From positions 1 to 64,000 of the forward strand of contig CAXBME010000005.1 in assembly GCA_963976765.1 (NCBI GenBank): a stretch of DNA of 64,000 nucleotides. The letters are read 5' to 3'. Of the stretch, positions 1 to 7,841 are shown in pieces. The notes under the pieces were generated by a model that was not told the origin of the DNA, made no database searches, and saw only the letters and a list, made by a program, of their open reading frames with translations. This stretch comes from an uncultured Planctomycetaceae bacterium (GTDB lineage Bacteria > Planctomycetota > Planctomycetia > Planctomycetales > Planctomycetaceae). How positions within the stretch are numbered: position 1 is the stretch's first letter; every line of letters starts with the position of its first letter. The translations under genes and the position numbers were made by a program.

Positions 1-40
1 CCTTACCCAACCCGAACTCTCATAAGCCGTGGTACAGAAA

Positions 41-418
41 TCAGGGGCACTCCACTTCCTCCAGGATGCGTTGAAAATCCTGGCCATGCAGCGAGCACAC
101 TTGGTCGACTTCTGTCGGCCCGGATTCAATGCGATGCCGATCGGCAACTTCCTGCTCGGGCGCCAGAACCGATCGTCATGCACGTCCCCGGCGATGACCC
201 AGACCGCTCAAGCCGGAATGATTAAACCGAGCGATCCACTCCTGGCACACGCGACGAGCCAGACCAGCCGCCACGACTACCGCAGGCGCCGTCCAGCCAT
301 CCATCGCCAGGATGACGATGCGGATTCGCCGAACCCGTTCCGCACTTTTTTCACACCGCTCCAGCCAAGTCAATGCCGACACCGGCAAATGAAACTCAAC
401 CCGCATCATCACCACCAT
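41..418 (-). pseudogene. IS630-family transposase N-terminal HTH remnant with in-frame stop
   Basis: ORF 418-176 (RIRIVILAMDGWTAPAV...VCQEWIARFNHSGLSGL) resembles an IS630 winged HTH. Reading through the TGA at 176-178 continues in frame as RSVLAPEQEV...ESGPTEVDQVCSLHGQDFQRILEE to a stop at 41-43. No DDE domain is present. Confidence 0.7.
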
Positions 419-512
419 GTCATCAGAATGGCGGTGTTATGATCATTCTTCTATTTCCGGAATTGAAGCCGTACCTTGGGCAATGCTTTGAGGAAGTTCA
501 GAAGGGCTCTGT

Positions 513-920
513 GTGCGTCGTGGAAAGCCTCAGAAAGGACTGCCGACAAACCTTGAGCCTCAGTTTGGCAAGATCATCAAGAGAGCAGGCCTGAAGCCGT
601 GGCCGAAAGTCTTTCACAATTTGAGAGCGTCGAGAGAGACTGAGCTGGCCGATGAATACCTGATTCAAGTGGTCTGTGACTGGATTGGAAACTCACCACA
701 AGTTGCGAGTTGCCATTATTTGCAGACGACCGAAGAGCATTTCAAAAAAGCGGTGCAGCAACCGGCGGAAACGGGAAGCAAGGGTCTGAACAAATGCACC
801 CATCCAAAAGGAAAACCCCCGGAAATTCCGGAGGTTTCAACTCTGTGCAGACCATTGCGGCGAACAGAAATGGACGATACTGGACTTGAACCAGTGACCT
901 CCACGATGTCAACGTACTGA
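513..920 (+). pseudogene. C-terminal fragment of a tyrosine integrase (relic of an older element)
   Basis: KIIKRAGLKPWPKVFHNLRASRETEL...WIGNSPQVASCHY contains the HxLR box and the catalytic Tyr region. The N-terminal part is missing and the ORF runs into the tRNA fragment. Confidence 0.8.
871..915 (-). mobile_element. att site: duplicated 3' half of tRNA-Val(GAC)
   Basis: Reverse complement ACG-TTGACAT-CGTGG-AGGTC-ACTGG-TTCAAGT-CCAGT-ATCGTCC-A gives the GAC anticodon loop, T-arm and 3' acceptor strand. The D-arm and 5' acceptor strand are absent. It lies between two integrase genes. Confidence 0.88.
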
Positions 921-960
921 AAAACCAGAAATGTGCATATTTCACAGCGATTATTGATAT

Positions 961-1016
961 TTTGGTGATACCTTTTCCCCTAAACTTGTCCAAAAGGTAT
1001 CACCAAAGGGTATCAC
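961..1016. repeat. Perfect 16-bp inverted repeat plus an extra GGTATCAC copy (candidate integrase arm sites or operator)
   Basis: TTTGGTGATACCTTTT (961-976) and AAAAGGTATCACCAAA (992-1007); GGTATCAC recurs at 1009-1016. It lies between the att core and the integrase ATG. Confidence 0.75.
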
Positions 1017-1034
1017 GCAGACAGGGGAACCGGC

Positions 1035-2582
1035 ATGCCACGCAAACAAAAATTGACATACCAGAAGGGGAGTAGTGGGCGTGGTGGGCGGTGGCGCAAG
1101 AAGTATCGCGGGGCCACCTATTATTTCCCCGCTGGCAATGGAAAGACCGACCGTGCAGCCTATGAGCAGGCGCTGGAGCAGTGGTCGCAGAAGAAGGCGG
1201 AAATTGATGCTCAGGTGGTCAAGCCGCACGAGGACGATTACCGAAACGCCATCATCGAGTGGAATGCCGTACTCAACTGGTCGACTCAGCATGGGGACCA
1301 GCGTCAAGCGAAAGTGGCACGAAGCAAGATGAAGGAACTGCAAGCCGGACTGTGTAACTCAAATCCAAGGCCACTTGCATACGGTGACCGGATTACGGAC
1401 ACGTTTGAGCCGTCACCGGCAGATGTTGAAGCAATTGCCGCGGCCGCGAGGATCGATGAAGAAATCGACTTCTCCACTCTTGAACTTCCGACTGGCATTT
1501 CAAGTCTCATCACTCCCAGGCAACAGCATGCTGACGAAACGGGGATGACGGCAGATCAGTTACTGGCGCGACTCTGGCAGGACCGAATCGACTCTGAGTT
1601 GTTGCTCCAGACCGTACCACGGAGTGCGACAGTTGAGGGAAACTACCAGCGGTTCAAAGAATTCAAAGTAGCAGAAGTCGCCGTCAAAGAAATCAGCGCG
1701 GGGCGATACGCCAATCTCATCCGTCACGTTGACGCACTGGTCGATTTTGTCGGTGGCGCAAACCCTGTCACGGTCTTTAACGAACGCGTCTTGACCGACT
1801 ATAGGACCACGCTCCAGGGACGTATTGGGAAAAGTGAAATCAGTGGTAGTTATGCCAAGGACCGACTCGATGCGGCCAAGCAGTTTGTCCGGTGGTTGTG
1901 GCGACAACGTGTGCTCGAAGACCTGCCGCGCGTGATCGACGACAAGCAATTCAATATCAGTGCGTCTCACGGCAAGATTATGACCTTCACGAAGGAAGAA
2001 ATCCGGCAATTGCTTGGGGCGGCCAGAGGCCGGCATAGGTTGCACATCCTGCTCACGCTGAATTCAGCCTTTACCCAGAAAGACATCAGCGACCTGAAAC
2101 ATTCCGAAGTTTGCTGGAAGAAGGGCACCATTTCTCGCAAGCGATCAAAGACCAGTGATGGCGATAATGTACCAGAAGTTACCTACACACTTTGGCCTGA
2201 GACTCTGCAGCTCCTGAAGGAATTCCGGTCGTCCGATCCAGAGCGGCTGCTTGTCAATGAAAACGGAAGCCCGCTGAAAGTTGAGAGTCTTCGCCCAGAC
2301 GGAAAGCTGTACAAGGTCGATAACATTCAACGCAACTTTGCACGCCTATGCAGACGCCTGAAGATTTCCGGCAGATCATTTACTTGTCTGAAGAAGACGT
2401 CAGCAACTCTGCTGCGTGGCGAGGAAAACTACTCAGGCCTCGAAAGCTACTTTCTCGGGCATGCGCCACGGTCAATGGGTGACAAGCACTATTCCGGTGG
2501 CCCGGACGCGTTACTCGCGAAAGCCTTGAAATGGTTGCGTCGCGAGTTGCAGATCGACAAGTGCCTCACGGACATGGACTAG
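1035..2582 (+). CDS. Tyrosine recombinase/integrase with atypical catalytic boxes
   Basis: 515 aa: arm-binding-like N-terminus (GGRWRKKYRGATYYF), core-binding helices, LLTLNSAFTQKDISDL (box I), RKRSKT, FTCLKKTSATLL (box II), FLGH...DKHY. Adjacent to the att site. Confidence 0.85.
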   Translation: MPRKQKLTYQKGSSGRGGRWRKKYRGATYYFPAGNGKTDRAAYEQALEQWSQKKAEIDAQVVKPHEDDYRNAIIEWNAVLNWSTQHGDQRQAKVARSKMKELQAGLCNSNPRPLAYGDRITDTFEPSPADVEAIAAAARIDEEIDFSTLELPTGISSLITPRQQHADETGMTADQLLARLWQDRIDSELLLQTVPRSATVEGNYQRFKEFKVAEVAVKEISAGRYANLIRHVDALVDFVGGANPVTVFNERVLTDYRTTLQGRIGKSEISGSYAKDRLDAAKQFVRWLWRQRVLEDLPRVIDDKQFNISASHGKIMTFTKEEIRQLLGAARGRHRLHILLTLNSAFTQKDISDLKHSEVCWKKGTISRKRSKTSDGDNVPEVTYTLWPETLQLLKEFRSSDPERLLVNENGSPLKVESLRPDGKLYKVDNIQRNFARLCRRLKISGRSFTCLKKTSATLLRGEENYSGLESYFLGHAPRSMGDKHYSGGPDALLAKALKWLRRELQIDKCLTDMD

Positions 2583-2894
2583 GCCCAAGAGTAGCCCCTG
2601 AACTCCGGAAGCCAGCTTTCGAGGTGCTATTGCGCATTCGCGGCGCAATCTTCGCTCTGTTCCTGTACGGCTTGCTTCGCCCAGAATCGTACTGTTCGGG
2701 CCATACAGCCTCGATCGGAAGCGTCGAAGCGCTGGATGTTGTGGCGGGGTCTCAGGGGACAGGTAATTTCGAATTTCGTTCTCTCGAATTGAACGACTTC
2801 TTATGTCCACCAAACACGGATCAGAGCTCAAATTGTTGTTTGGATTTGAATCCTCCGGCTATTACTGGTGAAATAGACATTTGGGGGCAACGCA

Positions 2895-3527
2895 GTGGAA
2901 GCATCAACCGGGACGCTGGAAATACTGCTCGGCCAGTTACGTGAGGGTGACGATTCCGCTCGCGACGCCATCATCAATCACTCCTGCGAACGACTGCGAA
3001 CTCTCGTTCGGCAGCATTTGCGGCGAGAGTCAGACCTCAAATACGTCGAACAGACTGACGACGTGCTGAACCGTTCGATGCTTCGCTTGCACAAGGCGCT
3101 GTCTGAGATGAAGCCGGAGAACAAACGCGCATTCATCGGGCTAGCAAGTCTCTATGTGCAGCGGGAGCTGACTGACTTGTTCCGCAAGCACTTTATTGGC
3201 CACGGGGTTGGACGTCACCAAAAACTCGACAGCCAGTCTTCTGATGAGGACGCTATCGGTCCAATCCATTTGGCAACGGCGAATGGCCCTGGACCAGGCA
3301 CGCAACTGGTCCAGGCTGAATTGATCGAGAACCTAGGCGCTGCCGTCGATGCACTTCCCGAAGACGAACGCGAGGTCTTTCGGTTGTACTACTATCAGGA
3401 CCTTCCCCAGCAGGAGATTGCTGATCTGCTTCAGATCGACGTAAGGACAGTCAAGAGACGGTGGCGTCGCGCGCGTGAGGGGTTGCAGGGACTGTTGGGC
3501 GATGGCAGTCAGGAGTCGCCCGAGTGA
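2895..3527 (+). CDS. ECF sigma-70 factor (STK-associated type)
   Basis: Region 2 (TDDVLNRSMLRL) and region 4 (LPEDEREVFRLYYYQDLPQQEIADLLQIDVRTVKRRW). Its stop overlaps the kinase GTG. Confidence 0.9.
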   Translation: MEASTGTLEILLGQLREGDDSARDAIINHSCERLRTLVRQHLRRESDLKYVEQTDDVLNRSMLRLHKALSEMKPENKRAFIGLASLYVQRELTDLFRKHFIGHGVGRHQKLDSQSSDEDAIGPIHLATANGPGPGTQLVQAELIENLGAAVDALPEDEREVFRLYYYQDLPQQEIADLLQIDVRTVKRRWRRAREGLQGLLGDGSQESPE

Positions 3528-5557
3528 GTGACGACCACATTGAAGACCTTCTGGACCTCTGGGAAGATCAAGCCGACGCGGGGGAGTTGCCGTCAATCGA
3601 CGCGTTTATCGCAGAGCACTGTCGCAACGATTCGCCCGAGGTTGTCGATCGGTTCCGGCAGCGAGTCCGGAAGCTTGATGCAGTCGATGCCGCACTTGGA
3701 GTCGGACAATCGCCGCCGGCACCGACTCTACGTCTCACGGAAGACGCGGAGCCGTTCGACGGTTACCGGCTTGTATCCAGGATCGGTTCCGGCTCATTTG
3801 GTGAAGTCTGGAGTGCGAACGCTCCGGGTGGGTTCCAGATCGCTTTGAAATTTATCCAATGTTCCTCAGAGGCCGCTCGCGTTGAGCATCGGTCTCTGAA
3901 AGTGATCAAGAGTGTGCGGCATCCGAATCTGCTCGCCCTGTTCGGTGCGTGGAGTCAGCACGGATACCTGATCATCGCCTCCGAACTTGCGGAATCCACA
4001 CTGCTCGACCAGTTCCGAGATTCGGTCGATCGAGGCCTCGATGGAATACCACGTTCGGAACTACTTCAGTACATCGCAGACGCGGCCAGTGGGATCGATC
4101 ATCTTAACCGGAATACGTCCGCCAGCACGCACGGCATTCAACACCGCGACATCAAACCGGCCAACCTGTTTCTGACGGGAGGCCGTGTCAAAGTCGGCGA
4201 CTTCGGCATCGCCCGACCGCTGATGGGAGCCATCGACGAACAAACGGGGCGCATGACGATGAGTTTCGCGCCGCCCGAAGCCTACGGGAAACAACTCGCA
4301 AACACCTCCGACCAGTATTCACTCGCACTGACATACGTCTTCCTTCGGACCGGCAGACTACCGTTCTCTGGCTCACCACTGCAGGTTATGGCTCGAAAGC
4401 AGGACGGCTCTGTAGAGCTTTCTTATCTGACTCCTGGCGAACGCCCGATCCTGATGAAGGCGTTGTCTGCCAATTCGTCTAAGCGCTACGAGTCGTGCAG
4501 CGACTTCGTCAAGAAGCTGCAAAACGTCGGCCAGAGCGACGATCAGCCACAGAACAAACTGAGTTCCAAGATGCGGCGGTATGGTCTCGCCATAACCGCA
4601 GTTGTCTTGCTCGCGATCGGAATGATTGCGACTGTGATCCTGAACACCTCAGAGACCAGCGAGGATGTCGACAATAGTGTCGCCACAGCAGGCCCGCCGG
4701 AAGTTGAAAGCCATTCCAGTCCCCCTGCATTCATCGAAACACTGAAATCGTGGCCGGACATGATACGAATCGTCCGCACCGGCGAAACGGCATACGACGA
4801 GTTTCAGGACCATATCACTATTCCGATCAGACTTTCGGTCGACTCGGACCAGTACCGTGACTGGACACAGCGTCTCATCAGTGAATCACAGGCGACTGCC
4901 GAACATGGTGACGACGTCGTCATGCAAGGAGGAATTCCCGTTTTTGCTGGCTTGAGACATACACCGTCACTCCTGACCGATTGGCACATGGTTAAGGATG
5001 CTGCGGCCCTGTTTGGTCCCGAGTACACTGACTCAGGGGATCGAGTCACGATCTGGTTACTCGCACGGCAGGATGCTGAGGAAACCACAATTCGAGCGAC
5101 ACCCTTTTCGACCGCTGTTGAGCGGCAACACCTAAGCTTTCTGGATTCATCGATCTCTATGAAGGTCGTGATCCACGACGTAAACGGTGAGGCAGTTGTT
5201 GAAGACCTCATCGCGATCAAATGGGAGAAGTGGGGATTAATGAGCCCGCATGAGTCTGAGCAAGTGCTTCCACTGTTGATTGAGACCGCCCTCAGACGGC
5301 CTGAGGGTAAACCAGCAGGCACGTATTATAGCCTGTCTGGTTTTCTCGAAAATGCAAAGCCAGAATTCGGGCCCAGGTACGAAAATTTTGAGGTCAACAT
5401 TCTGTTAGCTCCGTTTGCGCACAAGCTGACATCAAACGGCTCTCGGATGCATCTCTACTGCTCGCCATATCGAGACCTGCTGATTCGGCTTCCAGCGACA
5501 CGAGACGATTTCGATCGAACGGCCGACGTCCAATTTCGGATTACTCGGGAAGAATAA
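3524..5557 (+). CDS. Membrane Ser/Thr protein kinase
   Basis: IGSGSFGEV, IALK, HRDIKPAN, DFG, FAPPE, DQYSLA motifs; one TM segment (YGLAITAVVLLAIGMIATVIL); extracytoplasmic C-terminus. Confidence 0.92.
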   Translation: MSDDHIEDLLDLWEDQADAGELPSIDAFIAEHCRNDSPEVVDRFRQRVRKLDAVDAALGVGQSPPAPTLRLTEDAEPFDGYRLVSRIGSGSFGEVWSANAPGGFQIALKFIQCSSEAARVEHRSLKVIKSVRHPNLLALFGAWSQHGYLIIASELAESTLLDQFRDSVDRGLDGIPRSELLQYIADAASGIDHLNRNTSASTHGIQHRDIKPANLFLTGGRVKVGDFGIARPLMGAIDEQTGRMTMSFAPPEAYGKQLANTSDQYSLALTYVFLRTGRLPFSGSPLQVMARKQDGSVELSYLTPGERPILMKALSANSSKRYESCSDFVKKLQNVGQSDDQPQNKLSSKMRRYGLAITAVVLLAIGMIATVILNTSETSEDVDNSVATAGPPEVESHSSPPAFIETLKSWPDMIRIVRTGETAYDEFQDHITIPIRLSVDSDQYRDWTQRLISESQATAEHGDDVVMQGGIPVFAGLRHTPSLLTDWHMVKDAAALFGPEYTDSGDRVTIWLLARQDAEETTIRATPFSTAVERQHLSFLDSSISMKVVIHDVNGEAVVEDLIAIKWEKWGLMSPHESEQVLPLLIETALRRPEGKPAGTYYSLSGFLENAKPEFGPRYENFEVNILLAPFAHKLTSNGSRMHLYCSPYRDLLIRLPATRDDFDRTADVQFRITREE

Positions 5558-5606
5558 TCTGCTTTTGCTGCTATCCGTTATCGGTAACGTCACACCACCT
5601 TGACTA

Positions 5607-5645
5607 TGAAAGAAACGGGACCCGGTCATCGTGACTCAGGTCCCG
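5607..5645 (-). terminator. Intrinsic terminator for the 5660-6523 gene
   Basis: Minus strand reads CGGGACC-TG-AGTCA-CGA-TGACC-G-GGTCCCG followed by TTTCTTTC, about 15 nt after the stop. Confidence 0.6.
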
Positions 5646-5659
5646 AATGCTCCATCACA

Positions 5660-6523
5660 CTACAGAGCCCAGTAGCGCTCAACGTTCAGGAGACCTTGCT
5701 CGTGGAATGGCTCGATCCGGTTTGGAAGCGGCAATTGCGTCACCGCTCCAGACCACATTGCATCTCCATCTGCGACCACACATTCGTCGTCCAGGTAAAG
5801 ATCGGTCAAAGGGAGGCCAGCGTCCATTAGGTCTGATATCACGTCCTCAACGAACCAGGGACCACTCATCAAGACTGTGGATTTCAGGTCGATTTTGTCA
5901 AAGTAAACCAAATCACCTTCCCAGACGCCACACCGTCCATTTGGGAAGGTGCCAAGCCTGGCTCCATCCGGAGCCACCGCTAGTATGACGCTGAAATCGT
6001 CGCAGCGATAAACCACAGCCGGACGGACGACTCCATCTTCCATCCGGACGTTGATGCGGTGGAAGTCCAGTTTATCCCTTCCGATTAGTGAGCTGCGCCA
6101 GACGACTTCGTTATGAAGTAAGTCCCGAAGCTGACGCGGCGTACATCGCTCAAGTCCGAATGCACCATCGAGATTTTGACTCAGCGACTCAACCTCCCAT
6201 CCCGGTCCCTTTCCGTGGAACTGAGCCGCCAGGAAATGCACCGGCAGTTCTCCTTGCCAGCATTCGTCACACGGCGTGTCAAACGCCTCATGACGCTGGA
6301 CGTCACTTCCTGCCGTTGAATCGGCGTCCTCGATTGTCTGATCCAGAACATCCGATTCAGTGACCAGCATCATTCCCGAGCACTGCGCCAATGATGCGAT
6401 CTCCTCGAAATCGTCATTCACCGCATCGAGCGGCACATCCACTATGGCCTCCAACGTCCGCCGCTCGATGCGGATGATCCTCAACTGACGCGTGGTTGCC
6501 GTGCTCTCGATAGTTTTGATCAT
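5660..6523 (-). CDS. Hypothetical acidic protein
   Basis: Long open frame, probable start MIKTIES with AGGA upstream, followed by a terminator. No recognisable motif. Confidence 0.65.
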   Translation of the reverse strand: MIKTIESTATTRQLRIIRIERRTLEAIVDVPLDAVNDDFEEIASLAQCSGMMLVTESDVLDQTIEDADSTAGSDVQRHEAFDTPCDECWQGELPVHFLAAQFHGKGPGWEVESLSQNLDGAFGLERCTPRQLRDLLHNEVVWRSSLIGRDKLDFHRINVRMEDGVVRPAVVYRCDDFSVILAVAPDGARLGTFPNGRCGVWEGDLVYFDKIDLKSTVLMSGPWFVEDVISDLMDAGLPLTDLYLDDECVVADGDAMWSGAVTQLPLPNRIEPFHEQGLLNVERYWAL

Positions 6524-6783
6524 TTTGATCGTTCCTACTGAAGCGGGGGATGCATGGATTTCGAATTGGCGACGCTCCCCCGTGGTCGCCATTCATCAGG
6601 CGAAGCTCAGAGTGCAAAGGGGACAGCAATTCAACACAAAATCTGGAAGCACACCGCCGACCACAGCAAAATACGGAAGGTGGAGTCACGCGACGACGCG
6701 TTAGCTGTAAGCAACGCGAGCGACTCGCATCGATTCAGAACGGGCCTCTGGCCGGCAAAAAACTCGAAGGGACTCTTTCACAA

Positions 6784-7067
6784 CAGGTATGCTCGTCGCG
6801 CCTTCCAGTAAGCTGCTACCGGCAGCTCGCGGCTGCCATGAAGCTGGCTAATGGGAGGACAGAGGATTCGTCTGTGCCAACAACTCCCACGGTGACGATG
6901 GTCGTAAGCCTTTACCCAAGAAGCACATGTAGCGCATTCGGATGCGCTGCTCGCCCCAGCGCCAATCTGATAAGCATGGTACAGGGGCGGACTGGTTCGT
7001 GCCCGGCGTTCGCGTCGAGAGCACCTTCCAGTGTCGAAGAGCGAGAGACTTGGAGTCGCAATCGCTG
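6784..7067 (+). ncRNA. Putative structured RNA, copy A (diverged direct repeat of 11305-11586)
   Basis: Collinear with copy B over ~268 nt with one 1-nt indel. Hand count 96/140 and 74/108 identities in two blocks. Differences are mostly transitions and keep helices pairable. The repeat is solid; RNA status is inferred. Confidence 0.55.
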
Positions 7068-7259
7068 ATTGATAATCCCGTCACGTGCTGAGTCGTCACC
7101 CCCTCGCCCAAGGGCAGCGCCGCCCAGCGCCGATCGCGCAGAAGTAAAAATCTGGCAAAAAAGATTGTCCCCTGGGCTCCGTCACTTTCGCTTGAGGTCT
7201 CAGTTCGACCAGGCCGCTGGTCGTGATGTCACCTTTTCGTACAGAGTGAGGAACTAAGA

Positions 7260-7367
7260 ATGAAATCGGAAATCGTTGAAATGACGACGGGGCAAAACGT
7301 GATCGTCAAGTCGTCGTGGCCGAAGAAGAAGCTGGCGGACGTGCATTTGGAACCCGTCACGGGATAA
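7260..7367 (+). CDS. Possible 35-aa small protein MKSEIVEMTTGQNVIVKSSWPKKKLADVHLEPVTG
   Basis: GAGGA RBS 7 nt upstream of ATG 7260. Below the ORF-track cutoff. Confidence 0.35.
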   Translation: MKSEIVEMTTGQNVIVKSSWPKKKLADVHLEPVTG

Positions 7368-7489
7368 ATCGTGGTGGGCTCAATGCGAAGGAAAATTAAG
7401 ATGACTATTACCGCTAAAGGTATGTCATTTTGCGGGTTGATTTCGGCCACGAAGTTGCGGGTTAAACCAGCCACCCAATCCAACATAAC

Positions 7490-7537
7490 TTTTCCCCGAA
7501 CGCCCTACACACTTGCTCTGAGGGCGTTTGGGGAAAA
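7490..7537. repeat. 17-bp inverted repeat upstream of the helicase-RT operon
   Basis: TTTTCCCCGAACGCCCT (7490-7506) and AGGGCGTTTGGGGAAAA (7521-7537), with one G-T pair and a 14-nt loop. Confidence 0.7.
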
Positions 7538-7658
7538 AGAGCATCGACTTACCTCAACACGAGTGGCGGGTTTTGCCCGCGAACTGGCAGGTAAGCGTAG
7601 ACGACGTACTCACCGAGCTAATACTGCATTCCAACTGACGGCAGAAAAGCGGTCCACG

Positions 7659-7841
7659 ATGACGATTACATTTGACGAAGTTGACTGCGACGAAGCTGTC
7701 GCTCAGGTGGCAGGCACCCTTCGCACGTTTACCGGAGCACTGCAGCGCCATCACATGGACGGCACGAGTGGCCTCAATAGAGCTAGAGCAGGATTTATTG
7801 TGTTATCGGTCACAGGTCAATCCGCAAGGAGGCTGAGATGA
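7659..7841 (+). CDS. Possible 60-aa leader ORF coupled to the helicase-like gene
   Basis: MTITFDEVDCDEAVAQVAG...; stop overlaps the next start (ATGA 7838-7841). RBS is weak. Confidence 0.3.
   Translation: MTITFDEVDCDEAVAQVAGTLRTFTGALQRHHMDGTSGLNRARAGFIVLSVTGQSARRLR

Noticed and set aside
871..915. Functional tRNA-Val gene
   Set aside because: The 5' acceptor strand and D-arm are absent; it is only an att duplication.
6801..6851. Repeat copies as a duplicated peptide (both read LPAARGCHEAG-stop in one + frame with synonymous changes)
   Set aside because: No shared start or RBS, conservation continues ~215 nt past the stop with non-synonymous changes and an indel, and the same changes fit base pairing. 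Not fully excluded.
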